A stretch of 64,000 bases of DNA from the IMG/VR virus record IMGVR_UViG_2571042445_000002; one strand, written 5' to 3'. Below, one piece after another: positions 27,401 through 37,343 of this stretch (its first letter is position 1; each line of letters starts with the position of its first letter). The translations under genes and the position numbers were made by a program. The notes beneath the pieces were generated by a model, which saw nothing but the letters and a program-made list of their open reading frames with translations, ran no database searches and was not told the origin of the DNA. Origin of the DNA: a virus (Duplodnaviria; Heunggongvirae; Uroviricota; Caudoviricetes).

Positions 27401-28315
27401 GTTGGGGGAGATCCCAATATGGGGCTAAATCTCGGCCCTGTCAGTTCTCCGGAAGAGATGTCCTCGTTAGCAGCAAAAGCCAAGCAATTGGATAAGTTTC
27501 TTGTTGAAAAAATATCCAGAGCAACGGGCAAAAACTTTAGTTTCCAGAAGGCGGAACAGATCGCCGATATCACTACGGCTATACAGCAAAAGCGCAACGT
27601 TAACCGCGATACAGAAACCATTGGCCTGCTTCCGGAGAGTCCGGCAACCATCAGCGAGAAGCGTGCCACATCGACACCGGCGGGTGTGCAGATGTACGAC
27701 AACGGCTACAAGGTGGTTGAAGGTGAGGACAGGGGCTTCTTTGGCTCGCTATTTGATTCAACTGTGTCAGGGCTTAACCAGGTAGGCTCCGCCGTCCTCC
27801 CCGCCGTTGGAGATAACCTCTCGCGACTTGTGGGCGGTATTGATAGCACCGGAATGTTAAATGACTTTGTATTGCAGTCCTCTGGACAGAATACCGATGT
27901 TGCTCGCGCTATTAGTCCGTTAACAAGGAGTGTTGGCGGTTGGCTGAATGGTGGCATACAGAAAACGGCGGATACGATCAGGGACACAACTGGCGCAATC
28001 AATCAAAGCCTGTTTGCTTCGGGCGTGGCTGCTAAAGAACCGTTCCTTGCAATGCCTCCGCAGCTACCAATCGTCACGGACCTCGCACGAAGCGGAATAA
28101 GGCAGATGCTAACAACAGATACCGCAAATAACGATCCGGCTATGTTGAAAGCACTGGAGAACGTTTATTCCGTTCTTAAAGAGATTCTTGGCGTAAGCAA
28201 AGACAACCGCAAAGGCGATCAGGACAAAGTTGTGAACACATCACAACCACAACCTCGTCAGCGTGCCAGCACGACTATCAATGACCCATCTCTTGACAAA
28301 TTACTGGAGGATTAA
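24452..28315 (+). CDS. tape measure / injection protein candidate (Sit-like) with low-complexity K/G/A-rich region
   Basis: 1287-aa ORF; long basic low-complexity stretch (residues ~350-520), coiled-coil segments; start uncertain (GTG 24452 or 24521). Confidence 0.5.
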   Translation: MAGTPYGKSTGREIQSPRQKNRVITADVSEVILNDKKDRIAIIDAIQTANAKELAALSEIKKALESYGRNPDTSDAPQGRVSRRLARTGKAGAQRNSFTQGPYKDRLPTRKQRLRINNTSEIDNPQKAAADHRTAHSESKTAPLAEGKATKSSPERIQLLTPDIQPARQEQPVRESQSTSGAPLRDSNGRFASQKKNEDLARQNELRAQAKLQVGFLRKLGSIMGVDGSGKADDGAVTDAAGVGAGGPLWMAARGVFDICREITGKAKSLKEWIDNGNDKAAGAPVVAKAPAITYPAPDNERKTPDNAPGSAKAFTEAVKEKSVRAIEEQTKVLQRNDSQIIDELETVSEEIRKLRKSQESGLKLSDLLGGGRLRTKISPTRGRSSARGGNTGRTGDSKENKGKKGKNTSKPTETGRSQEGKEGKKNQPGKNNSAGEEKNRTKNAGGNEGSTSPKSSGDKSSVKTRAGKVTEESVAKTAAGGAAGKDAGKAATSAGESLTRKEAGKVAVATGENIAKKEAGKVALKAAGGVAARAGFRAIPVIGQVAMVGYDAVDGYSDTEAQRATYNLKEGQDVTTQQKSAYAAANVLDMGGLVTGAANLIGEGMSALGFEGVGQKLQSLDTSNIARGINSSIDASKNAFSSLKESFSSSSEGTAQVKKAVEDGTKQTVAAINDLARQLQGGRRGEDGVGEHGYKSPDEFKAPEKNTITTDLNIGGSNAKNRNYRNNNLGNLVFANQEGAVLEAPNAKGEQRFARFNTPEEGIRALANQVSSYYNGTSAAAGYQKLQTVSSIISKWAPPTENNTNQYIENVSKYLGVSPNDKIDVSNPEVMTHLVRAIATKEGGNPAVNNNFIKTALGSFNAKTGRWEGQFNDETLEHINKIQKEKGGPLIARNSQYSVGSKVKYANGSSSAIPASSVAQAVMPSPTDVVQHAQAAKKPKAAQQENAQAISHAKASGNSSAAAGLTERLMSADGVGGVIAGIVGGDPNMGLNLGPVSSPEEMSSLAAKAKQLDKFLVEKISRATGKNFSFQKAEQIADITTAIQQKRNVNRDTETIGLLPESPATISEKRATSTPAGVQMYDNGYKVVEGEDRGFFGSLFDSTVSGLNQVGSAVLPAVGDNLSRLVGGIDSTGMLNDFVLQSSGQNTDVARAISPLTRSVGGWLNGGIQKTADTIRDTTGAINQSLFASGVAAKEPFLAMPPQLPIVTDLARSGIRQMLTTDTANNDPAMLKALENVYSVLKEILGVSKDNRKGDQDKVVNTSQPQPRQRASTTINDPSLDKLLED

Positions 28316-28320
28316 GACCG

Positions 28321-28695
28321 ATGCTTTATGAGATTGATGCCCGCCTTCAGACAAACGAGAGCGGGGTGGTGATCGCTGAAGGCGACACAAACGCCTGGAT
28401 AGCCCGACTCGATGAATGGCTACGGACACCAAATGGCAGCGTTTACGGATTGCCGTCATGGGGGAATCCGATGGAGGAGTTCAAACACGAACCCTTCGGT
28501 TCTGATACGTCACACATTGTTGAAGTGGCGATTGAAGCGCGAATGATGACGAAGCTACAGCAGGACTTACCAGGGCTTGGACTCCAGGCGATCCGCTGCG
28601 CGACTGTCTCTGAAGACCAGTTACTAATTAGCTTCCAGGCAAAAGGAGGCACCGTGAATGTTGTTATGCAGAAAGATAGCGGAGATACAGCGTGA
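28321..28695 (+). CDS. baseplate protein, gpW/gp25-like candidate
   Basis: 124 aa, immediately upstream of and overlapping the J-like gene. Confidence 0.4.
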   Translation: MLYEIDARLQTNESGVVIAEGDTNAWIARLDEWLRTPNGSVYGLPSWGNPMEEFKHEPFGSDTSHIVEVAIEARMMTKLQQDLPGLGLQAIRCATVSEDQLLISFQAKGGTVNVVMQKDSGDTA

Positions 28696-30122
28696 GTATT
28701 ACCGAATTACTGGACAAGTTTAATGCCAAGCTGAACGAAAACCCCTGGTGGGCGCGATTTGTAAACAGCCAGTTTATTCAAATGCAGTCCGTTTTGGGCG
28801 CGCAGATTGTTTATATTGCGCGTACATTTGCAAGCCGTGCACTTACAGAAGGATTCATTTCCACCGCGACGCGTAGAGCAAGTATTCTCGCGGCAGCGGA
28901 AGACCGTGGCTATGTCGGTCGTTTGGTCGATGCGTCATACGGCACTGTTTCCATCACCAACAAAACCGACAGGGATATTACTCTACCCGGAGGGGCTGAA
29001 TTACTGACAAGTGACCAGACACCAATTGCAACCAGCAGTAGTGTTGTTATCCCTGCTGGTGAAACAGTACCCGGCATAGAAGTAAAACAGCATGAAGCAG
29101 TCAGCGTAACGTTCGACGTGGTGCAAGAAACACCATTCTTGACGCTGTTACTTTCCCGTGAGTTAACAGCAGAAGTCGCCAGCCTGGAAGTTGTCGTGAT
29201 AACTAATGGTGTCGAGGAAAAATGGACACATAACCCCCTGTTCCGCATGTCCAGGGATAACAGTAAACATTATGTGTTGGTTTATAAGCCGACAGAACAG
29301 ATCGGCGTGCGCTTCGGTGATGGATCAATGGGGATGATGCCAGCGGCAGGGAGTCAGGTACGCATTGATATTATGGCAAGCCTCGGTGATTACACGCTGG
29401 CTGAAGGCCAGAAACTTGAACCAGCAGGGAACATCTCCGGGTATGTCGAATCACTGGAAGTAAAAACCGATTCGATCATTTCTGGCGGTGGTGGCATGGA
29501 AACTACCGAGGAAACCCGAAACAGGGCGCAGTATTATGTGGCCTACGATGAGCAGGTTGTTTGGGGCGGTGATTACCGCCAGTTCATTCAGAACGTGGTC
29601 AGTGGCACGTCATGGCTTAACGTGTGGGGGGAGGCGCTACAGGAGAAAATCACGGGCTTTGATGTGCGTAATATCAACAAAATTTTCTTTTGTGGGCACA
29701 AGCCCGGCGTAACACAGGAAGCTCTGAAAACAGAGATATTATCAGCCCTTGAGAGTATCCCTAATGAGCTGAATAAGAAGTTCGAATACGTCGCCACCAA
29801 TGAACAGCCGTTCAACATCAAATTTACCGGTATCGTAAAAAAGAGTGTGCTGGTGGATGACGCGCTAACTGCAATTAAAGCGGCACTGGAGGAGAACTTC
29901 GGTAAAGACTCCATGTCATTTAGCCAGCTATTGCAGAGTGATGACGATTCACAGCAATGTTATGCACAGGTCAAAGTAAAAGATATCTGGCGAGTAATCG
30001 AATCGCTGGATATGTTCCTGTCTTATGACGTGGCTACGCAGAACATGAAAGAAGCTGTGTACTTTAATGATTTTGTTTATCTGGACGTGGAATCATCAAC
30101 GTTCAGCATAACCTATCCGTAA
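28692..30122 (+). CDS. baseplate wedge protein (gpJ/gp6-like)
   Basis: 476 aa; position between W-like and I-like genes; N-terminal region resembles Baseplate_J family by general pattern. Confidence 0.45.
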   Translation: MSITELLDKFNAKLNENPWWARFVNSQFIQMQSVLGAQIVYIARTFASRALTEGFISTATRRASILAAAEDRGYVGRLVDASYGTVSITNKTDRDITLPGGAELLTSDQTPIATSSSVVIPAGETVPGIEVKQHEAVSVTFDVVQETPFLTLLLSRELTAEVASLEVVVITNGVEEKWTHNPLFRMSRDNSKHYVLVYKPTEQIGVRFGDGSMGMMPAAGSQVRIDIMASLGDYTLAEGQKLEPAGNISGYVESLEVKTDSIISGGGGMETTEETRNRAQYYVAYDEQVVWGGDYRQFIQNVVSGTSWLNVWGEALQEKITGFDVRNINKIFFCGHKPGVTQEALKTEILSALESIPNELNKKFEYVATNEQPFNIKFTGIVKKSVLVDDALTAIKAALEENFGKDSMSFSQLLQSDDDSQQCYAQVKVKDIWRVIESLDMFLSYDVATQNMKEAVYFNDFVYLDVESSTFSITYP

Positions 30123-30131
30123 GAGGTCACA

Positions 30132-30974
30132 ATGCAGAATAACTGGCTAAAAGAGCGTCTGACGCAATTTAAACAGGATTCTAAATTGTGGGCCGCCTTT
30201 GTTGATACGATTCAGGACGTGTGGAATGAATCGGTTGAACCTATTCTCACGCGAATAAGCAACCGTAAATCGTTTTTCACAATGGCAAGGGAGGATATGG
30301 ACACTCGCATTGCTGAATATGGTCGTTTCTTTGTTATCACAGAAACGGACAAAACACGCAGGCCAATGCTATTAGCTCAACGACTGGATGAGGTGCACTT
30401 CAAAGGAACAGTAAGGCCGATAGAGCAAACGTTCTGGCGTGAATTTGGCACAATCCCCGTCTCATGGGAACCTTTGTATGCGCCTGTCGATACAGAAAAA
30501 CATCCCTATGGTTCATTCTTCGCGACTGCAAATGAAATACCGACTGCTCAGGCACAATATGGTGAGTTTTTCCTGACATCCAGAGGGCTGGTTGTCGTCA
30601 ACCAAAATAAGCTGTATCGAGCTTATGATAGCGATGACAGAGACGTTGCTGTACAGAAGCTACTTGCTGATTTTGATACGGTTATAGCGCCGCTATTGCC
30701 ATTGCATATCGTGTTTGATGGTGTTTCTTTCCAGTTGAGCGCAACATTGCCGGAAATGGCGGAGATCCTGAATTGCTTATCTGCGGAAGTGTCCTTTATT
30801 GAGGGGGTGTACACGACGCAAGAGATGGTCGATGAACTATCTATTAGCGATACGATCATTCAATTAGACGGCATCCAGTTCGCAGGAAGGCCAGACCGGA
30901 CGACGGAAAGAGTGCTTCATCTCGATGAACTCCCGCTCGACGCCTGGGCGCTGGATTATAATTTTGCACCTTAG
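30132..30974 (+). CDS. tail protein, gpI-like candidate
   Basis: 280 aa following J-like gene. Confidence 0.35.
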   Translation: MQNNWLKERLTQFKQDSKLWAAFVDTIQDVWNESVEPILTRISNRKSFFTMAREDMDTRIAEYGRFFVITETDKTRRPMLLAQRLDEVHFKGTVRPIEQTFWREFGTIPVSWEPLYAPVDTEKHPYGSFFATANEIPTAQAQYGEFFLTSRGLVVVNQNKLYRAYDSDDRDVAVQKLLADFDTVIAPLLPLHIVFDGVSFQLSATLPEMAEILNCLSAEVSFIEGVYTTQEMVDELSISDTIIQLDGIQFAGRPDRTTERVLHLDELPLDAWALDYNFAP

Positions 30975-31090
30975 CAAACCAGGCCCCACCAACCTGGGTG
31001 GGGCCATTTCTCAAAACAAAAGACCACTGGAAATCACAAACTGAACATACTGCCCTTCGATTTATTGCTTGTTAAAGGGGCTATGTTCGT

Positions 31091-31537
31091 ATGGCTGAAA
31101 CTTTAAAATCCCAAAGCGATTCAAGTATTTACAAGGCGCAACTCCTTTCTTACTACTACTCTCGCCGTGCAGAGTCTGCAATCGGCAGGGGTGAGCGTTT
31201 TGTTATGACAAAGGCTTATTGGTGCAAGTCCGATCTTGTGACGGTAAATAGTGCTGGTGGCTGGACTATTTCTGATATTCCGCTCGACTTCAAGTTAAGT
31301 GATGCACAGCATTTTGCTGAATCCAATCTCATTCTTTCCAGCCTCGATGGTGTCATTACGATTAATGCCGCTTTTCCACAAGAAACGATGCCGGACGATA
31401 CACCTTACGATTTCAATACGCTGGTTCTCGTAGATGCAGAGGATCAGGCTTTTGGGGTTGTTTGTACTCAACAGGACACCTTATTCAAAGGTAAGCGATA
31501 CAGCTTGCTCATGACCATTGAACAGGTCGAGGGATAA
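31091..31537 (+). CDS. hypothetical protein
   Basis: 148-aa ORF immediately upstream of tail fiber gene. Confidence 0.4.
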   Translation: MAETLKSQSDSSIYKAQLLSYYYSRRAESAIGRGERFVMTKAYWCKSDLVTVNSAGGWTISDIPLDFKLSDAQHFAESNLILSSLDGVITINAAFPQETMPDDTPYDFNTLVLVDAEDQAFGVVCTQQDTLFKGKRYSLLMTIEQVEG

Positions 31538-31539
31538 TT

Positions 31540-34500
31540 ATGTGCGCAGATAAAGTAAAGAATATTGTCACCTTATCTTCGGACATTTCCGCTCCACTAA
31601 TTGCAGACATGCAATACTTTGAGCTGTATAGCACCGAAGCTCTAAACAGGAAGATGAAAAATATCGTTCTGCCCGGAGTGTACTGTGGGTTTGAACCGGT
31701 GCCAGGGGATGGTCTGTTTGTGCGTATTACATCCGAGAAAACAGAGGGAAGAGGGGCGGCTTCAATTGACGTGGGTAAATGTCAGATATCCGTGCAGCAA
31801 GTCAGTGATGTTCTTGTTCCTGTAGAAGCTGGTGTAACGACAATCATCGTTCTTGAAGCTAATTACGAACATGGAGTGAAAACCAGCCAGGTAGATAGCT
31901 CATCGGATATTAGCGCAGCGAGAATTATTGCTCTCGTTGATGAGGAAATAGCATCTAACCAGATTGAGCTATGCCGCGTGATCGTGCCTGACAATGCTCA
32001 AGCCGTTACCGCAGATATGATTAGCACTGAATATCGTGCTAATCGTGCTGTTGGTGTTGAGTTTTCCAGTGCTTTGGATAGTGACGAAGAATATAAAGCC
32101 GCAACACCTCTTGCTATCAGCACGTTAAACAAACTAAAAGCTCCGGTTGATAGCCCGGAGTTTATTGGTATACCTAAATCTCCAACTCCGGAACAAGGTA
32201 CAAACAGTACACAAATCGCAAACACTGCCTTTGTTCAGGCCGCAATAACCGCCCTTATTGATGGTTCTCCTTCGGCGTTGGATACGCTGAAAAAAATTGC
32301 AGATGCAATTAACAATGATCCTCAGTTTAGCCAGACGATTAATGCTGCTTTAGCTCTTAAAGCACCGTTATTAAGCCCGGCATTTACAGGGGTGCCAACA
32401 GCGCCTACAGCGTCACAAGGTACGAACAACACTCAGATTGCAACAACCGCTTATGTTCGTGCCGCTATTTCTGCATTGGTCGGCTCATCACCAGAAGCTC
32501 TTGATACTCTTAATGAGCTTGCTGCGGCGCTGGGCAATGACCCGAACTTTGCGGCTACAATGACAAATGCCCTGGCAGGTAAGCAGCCTCTCGACGCAAC
32601 CTTAACCGCGCTCGCTGACCTGGCGACGGGGGCAAATAAATTACCGTACTTTACCGGAACAGACACTGTAGCCCAGACTGATTTAACGTCAGTCGGTCGC
32701 GATATTCTTGCTAAAACAAGCACACTGGCTGTTATCCAATACCTTGGTTTAAGAGAACTCGGAACCAGCGGAGAAAAGCTCCCCCTGTTGAGCACAGCTA
32801 ATACCTGGAGTGCACGCCAGACTTTCAGCGCGGGGATCACTGGTACGCTGACCGGGAACGCCGATACTGCGACGAAATTAAAAACAGCCAGAAAGATTAA
32901 CGGTGTGGCATTTGATGGGTCGGCAGATATTACTCTGACCCCTGAAGATCTTGGCTTAACGGATATTGCTTCTCAAGCTGGTAACGCAGTTCAGCGTTCT
33001 GGCGACACAATGGGGGGGCAGCTAAAAATTGGCACAATAAATGCCCTTCGAATATTTAACCAGGACTTTGGCCTTATCTTCAGGAGATCCGAGGAATATC
33101 TTCATCTTATCCCGACAAATGAAGGGGAGGGTGAAAATGGTGACATCGGGCCATTAAGACCATTTTCTATAAACTTAAGAACTGGGTTGGTGTCCATCGG
33201 TAACGGCGTAAAAGTTGGCGGTGGTATTACTGGTAATTTGACGGGAAACGCAGATACTGCCACAAAGCTCAAGATAGCTCGAACGATCGGCGGAGTGTCA
33301 TTTGATGGCAGCGCCAATATCGACCTGCCTGGCGTGAATAAAACAGGTAATCAGAGCACTACCGGCAATGCTGCAACCGCAACGAAACTTCAGACGGCAC
33401 GCACAATCGGCGGAGTGTCATTTGATGGCAGCGCCAATATCGACCTGCCTGGCGTGAATAAAACAGGTAATCAGAGCACTACCGGCAATGCTGCAACCGC
33501 AACGAAACTTCAGACGGCACGCACAATCGGCGGAGTGTCATTTGATGGCAGCGCCAATATCGACCTGCCTGGCGTGAATAAAACGGGTAATCAGAGCACT
33601 ACCGGCAATGCTGCAACCGCAACGAAACTTCAGACGGCAAGAACAATCGGCGGGGTGGCATTTGATGGCACTGCCAATATCAACCTGCCGGGTGTGAACA
33701 TTGCTGGTAACCAGAACACAACAGGTAATGCTGCAACCGCTACAAAACTGCAAACAGCCCGCACAATCAACGGTGTTAAGTTTGATGGTTCTGCGAACAT
33801 TTCGATACCAACAATTACGTCCAGAGGGCGTGTTACTGCGCTCACCAGTACAACGCAAGGTGCTACTACTGGATTGCAGATGTATGAGGCGTACAACAAC
33901 GGCTATCCTTCTGCTTACGGGAATGTGCTTCATCTTAAGGGCGCAACTGCCGCTGGTGAAGGCGAGTTGTTCATAGGTTGGAGCGGCACAAGTGGTGCTC
34001 ATGCGCCTGTACATGTACGTTCGCGACGAGATACTGATACAGCCAGTTGGTCTGAGTGGGCGCAGGTCTACACATCGAAGGATTCCATCCCTGGTGTAAA
34101 TACAACAGGCAACCAGAACACAACCGGAAACGCGGCGTCTGCAACGAAATTACAAACGGCAAGAACTATTGGTGGTGTTTCATTTAATGGCACCGCAAAC
34201 ATCGACCTGCCGGGCGTGAATAAAACAGGTAATCAGAGCACTACCGGCAATGCTGCAACTGCAACGAAACTACAAACAGCGCGCACAATAGGCGGGGTTT
34301 CGTTTGATGGTACAGCAAACATCAATCTTCCGGGCGTTAATATTGCCGGAAATCAAAATACAAGTGGTAATGCAGCTACAGCGACAAAGTTAAAAACTGC
34401 CAGAAAAATAAGTGGAGTGGCTTTTGATGGTTCTGCAGACATCACATTAACGGCAAGTCATGTTGGTGCGTTACCAACAACAGGTGGTACTGTTACCGGT

Positions 34501-35049
34501 GAAATTATATCCAGCAGCCAAAATGCTATACGCCTAACTTATAATAATAACTATGGATTCCTAATAACTAATACTGGATATAGTTTCCAGATATCAACCA
34601 CTGGGCAAAATGTTAATGGTGATGTCGTTTACACTCCATTAAAGATAGATGGCGGTGATGGTCGCGTAGAATTAGGACGTGCTGATGGTCATGTAAGGGT
34701 TATGGGGAATTTATCTGCCGCTGGTCAGATTACCCCTGGTAACTATAGTAATTTCAACACGAAATATCAGGCTAAAAACACAGCATATGCCAACATTCAT
34801 GGATGGCATAAGGATACATCAACTAAGGTGATGATGCAGTGGGGGTTTATAACAAATTTAACTCCAGGAAGCGTGGTTAAATTTCCGACTACTTTTCCTG
34901 AGGCGTGTGCGGTAGTTGTGATTTCGCCTCACAGCGGGAATGCTGTCAATTCAATTCTTTATACATACAACCACTCAGTCACTGGTTTTACAGTGAAAAG
35001 TAGCTCCACTGATAAAATATATGCACAGTATGTTGCTTATGGTTATTAA
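31540..35049 (+). CDS. tail fiber protein with internal tandem repeats
   Basis: 1169 aa; conserved fiber motifs (PEFIGIPKSPTPEQGTNSTQIANTAFV, SPAFTGVPTAPTASQGTNNTQIATTAYV); repeated 40-aa units GNAATATKLQTARTIGGVSFDGSANIDLPGVNKTGNQSTT; SD GAGGG. Confidence 0.75.
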   Translation: MCADKVKNIVTLSSDISAPLIADMQYFELYSTEALNRKMKNIVLPGVYCGFEPVPGDGLFVRITSEKTEGRGAASIDVGKCQISVQQVSDVLVPVEAGVTTIIVLEANYEHGVKTSQVDSSSDISAARIIALVDEEIASNQIELCRVIVPDNAQAVTADMISTEYRANRAVGVEFSSALDSDEEYKAATPLAISTLNKLKAPVDSPEFIGIPKSPTPEQGTNSTQIANTAFVQAAITALIDGSPSALDTLKKIADAINNDPQFSQTINAALALKAPLLSPAFTGVPTAPTASQGTNNTQIATTAYVRAAISALVGSSPEALDTLNELAAALGNDPNFAATMTNALAGKQPLDATLTALADLATGANKLPYFTGTDTVAQTDLTSVGRDILAKTSTLAVIQYLGLRELGTSGEKLPLLSTANTWSARQTFSAGITGTLTGNADTATKLKTARKINGVAFDGSADITLTPEDLGLTDIASQAGNAVQRSGDTMGGQLKIGTINALRIFNQDFGLIFRRSEEYLHLIPTNEGEGENGDIGPLRPFSINLRTGLVSIGNGVKVGGGITGNLTGNADTATKLKIARTIGGVSFDGSANIDLPGVNKTGNQSTTGNAATATKLQTARTIGGVSFDGSANIDLPGVNKTGNQSTTGNAATATKLQTARTIGGVSFDGSANIDLPGVNKTGNQSTTGNAATATKLQTARTIGGVAFDGTANINLPGVNIAGNQNTTGNAATATKLQTARTINGVKFDGSANISIPTITSRGRVTALTSTTQGATTGLQMYEAYNNGYPSAYGNVLHLKGATAAGEGELFIGWSGTSGAHAPVHVRSRRDTDTASWSEWAQVYTSKDSIPGVNTTGNQNTTGNAASATKLQTARTIGGVSFNGTANIDLPGVNKTGNQSTTGNAATATKLQTARTIGGVSFDGTANINLPGVNIAGNQNTSGNAATATKLKTARKISGVAFDGSADITLTASHVGALPTTGGTVTGEIISSSQNAIRLTYNNNYGFLITNTGYSFQISTTGQNVNGDVVYTPLKIDGGDGRVELGRADGHVRVMGNLSAAGQITPGNYSNFNTKYQAKNTAYANIHGWHKDTSTKVMMQWGFITNLTPGSVVKFPTTFPEACAVVVISPHSGNAVNSILYTYNHSVTGFTVKSSSTDKIYAQYVAYGY
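33285..33660. repeat. three tandem 120-bp repeats inside the tail fiber gene (first two identical)
   Basis: 33301-33420 and 33421-33540 are identical; 33541-33660 differs at a few positions; diverged copies continue to ~33780 and recur at ~34150-34440. Confidence 0.8.
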
Positions 35050-35080
35050 AAATATAGTTAATTAGAATGAAGGTGCTTAA

Positions 35081-35503
35081 ATGGCAAAGTATTACAGCAA
35101 AGAGACTGGTGGTTTCTACGACGACAGACTAAAAGAAGATTACGATAAAAACGGTTCATGGCCGTCCGATACTGTACATATACCTGATGACTTATATGAT
35201 GAATTGTTATCAGGGTATGGCAATGGGAAAATAATAATTGCAAATGGCGATGGTTATCCAATGTTATCTGACCCACAACCTATGAGCTTAGAGGATAGAG
35301 TCAGCATTGCTGAAAACACCAAAAGTAGTCTTATGAATGATGTGAGCATAAAAATATCAACGCTTCAGGATGCTGTTGATATGGATATTGCCACTGATGA
35401 GGAAATAGAAATGTTGACAAAGTTAAAGAGGTATAGAGTTCTTCTTAATAGAGTTGACACTTCTGTTGATGCAGATATCTCATGGCCTGAGATGCCTGTA
35501 TAA
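35081..35503 (+). CDS. tail fiber assembly chaperone (Tfa-like)
   Basis: 140 aa; C-terminal EEIEMLTKLKRYRVLLNRVDTSVDADISWPEMP typical of Tfa proteins; directly downstream of fiber gene. Confidence 0.6.
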   Translation: MAKYYSKETGGFYDDRLKEDYDKNGSWPSDTVHIPDDLYDELLSGYGNGKIIIANGDGYPMLSDPQPMSLEDRVSIAENTKSSLMNDVSIKISTLQDAVDMDIATDEEIEMLTKLKRYRVLLNRVDTSVDADISWPEMPV

Positions 35504-35546
35504 ACAATCATAACAATCCAATCAGCACTGCTTTTTTGATATTTCA

Positions 35547-35575
35547 AGCCCTCTTTTGTTGAGGGCTTTATTAGT
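35547..35575 (+). terminator. rho-independent terminator after tail fiber assembly gene
   Basis: AGCCCTC-TTTTGTT-GAGGGCT followed by TTATTAGT. Confidence 0.55.
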
Positions 35576-35963
35576 GAGTGCTTTTGTGACCTTTTTTAGT
35601 AATACAATCCTTTGGTACAAAAAAGCCGCCGTCCAGTCAATGACGGCGGGCAAAATGAACACTCAGTTAGTGGTATCTGAGAGGGGGGCATTATATTCAC
35701 TGAATGACGCTTGTGAAGACTCACATGTCATCATTTTGTCCTCAAGAATCAGCTCACATCTTGCGCATTCAAGCGTATTTCTCTTTAAAGCCGTGTTTGG
35801 ACCATTTTGTTGATACGCGAATTTGGCATCCTCCACGCTCTGAGTGACGAGGTTTACGGACCACCGGGCCATCATATGCATCCATTTTGTGTGAATGGCA
35901 TTTAGTCGGGAAATAACAAACTGGATAAGTTGAAGCCGCGTTAAACGTCATTTCTGGAGGGGT

Positions 35964-36290
35964 ATGTTTGCAGATTATGAAAATCTGGCTGTAGCAGTCA
36001 TAACATCCCTGCTGAGTGGAACCGGCGTATTCCTTCTCGGAGTTAGAGACGGGCGCATTTCTGCGTCACTGCTCAACCTCGCGAGTGAATTGTTTACTGC
36101 GGTAACTGCCGGGCTTGCGGGGTTTTGGGTGGCTGATAGCTATGAATGGCCGGAAGGCATCATTTACTGCGTTGTTCTGATTGCCAGTAACAACGGAAGT
36201 GAAATTTTACAGGGCTTGAAGTCCAGAGCTAGTAACGTCTTGAATCTCTTAAGCGTAATAGCGAGTGGGGGAAAAGGTGGAGAGAAGTAA
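35964..36290 (+). CDS. holin-like small membrane protein (LydA-like candidate)
   Basis: 108 aa with ~3 hydrophobic segments and charged C-terminus; SD GGAGGGG; first gene of operon that includes the DarA-like gene. Confidence 0.4.
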   Translation: MFADYENLAVAVITSLLSGTGVFLLGVRDGRISASLLNLASELFTAVTAGLAGFWVADSYEWPEGIIYCVVLIASNNGSEILQGLKSRASNVLNLLSVIASGGKGGEK

Positions 36291-36736
36291 TGGGTGACTT
36301 TGGAAATTATTTCATTTTTATCATGGCATTTGTTGCCGTTATTGACCGTTTCTTATTTCGTCGCAAGAGTGTTGATATTTTGAGCATTGGCGAAGCTGTA
36401 GTGAAAGAGTCTGCTATAGCGTTTCCCGTGTCGCTTCGCGTTAAGCGAAGCTGGGTAAGCAATGCACAAATCGAATATTGGTTGCAGGACTTGAAAAATC
36501 CATCTGTGGTTATTTCGGGGAAAACAAGACCAGTTGACGCATCAAAACGCGGTGAGAGAGAAGAATATTTGCTCATCGACACGAAATATCTTGAGCCAGC
36601 GAAGTGGGATCTAAAGGTCACATTGACTAACGGTAATTGCCGCCTGAATCCGCTTTATCGCATTTTCCCTATCAATGACTGCATAGAACGCCAGTTTATG
36701 ATTGAAAAGTGTGAAGGAGACTGGAATGTCAAATAA
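36290..36736 (+). CDS. hypothetical membrane-anchored protein
   Basis: N-terminal hydrophobic segment FGNYFIFIMAFVAVI; overlaps flanking genes. Confidence 0.35.
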   Translation: MGDFGNYFIFIMAFVAVIDRFLFRRKSVDILSIGEAVVKESAIAFPVSLRVKRSWVSNAQIEYWLQDLKNPSVVISGKTRPVDASKRGEREEYLLIDTKYLEPAKWDLKVTLTNGNCRLNPLYRIFPINDCIERQFMIEKCEGDWNVK

Positions 36737-37343
36737 GTCTAATTATGTTCTTCTTAATTATGATGAGTTAAACGAAAAGGGGCTGGCAAAACTCGTCAAA
36801 GAAATCGGTAAAGGAGGCTACAAGATAGCGAGGGTGATCCCCGCCAGTAATGGCAGGAAGAAAGACGGGATCATGACGCGCACGTTTACCCTTATCGGAA
36901 TCGATGAGCAGACGATGGACGTTCAGGTTAATGATACTGGTGATATTTCTGGTGTAAAACTGAACGGAAAAATTGTTCCTTTCAAGCCAGTTAAAACGCT
37001 GATGGCTTTAGGGCAATCACTGGCTGCTTTATTTAATAAAGGCGCATCATCATTTCAGAAATCATTGGCGCGTAAGTTAGCTCGTGCGGCGAAAGATATT
37101 GATGATGGGAATAAGAAAATAAAAGGCGTTAAGTCCAATGCGCAGAAACTAGCAGAGGCAAAGGAATCTCGCGATGCGATCCGCGAGGATATTGAAAGGG
37201 CCAAAGAAAAATTAAATCAGGTGCAAGGTAATTCAGACCGCGCAACAAGAGAAACTGAAATCATTAGAACCGAGATGGCGCAGGAACTGGCGAAAACTCG
37301 CGTATTGAAAGAAGAAATAGCGCGCCTGGAGGAAGATGCATGA
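36726..37343 (+). CDS. hypothetical protein with C-terminal coiled-coil
   Basis: ATG 36726 with AAGGAG SD; 205 aa. Confidence 0.4.
   Translation: MSNKSNYVLLNYDELNEKGLAKLVKEIGKGGYKIARVIPASNGRKKDGIMTRTFTLIGIDEQTMDVQVNDTGDISGVKLNGKIVPFKPVKTLMALGQSLAALFNKGASSFQKSLARKLARAAKDIDDGNKKIKGVKSNAQKLAEAKESRDAIREDIERAKEKLNQVQGNSDRATRETEIIRTEMAQELAKTRVLKEEIARLEEDA

Noticed and set aside
31540-35503. Searched for an invertible host-range segment (cin/gin-type invertase with inverted crossover sites) near the tail fiber as in P1 and Mu
   Set aside because: No serine invertase gene and no inverted fiber C-terminal cassette found in this window; the fiber appears fixed in one orientation here.
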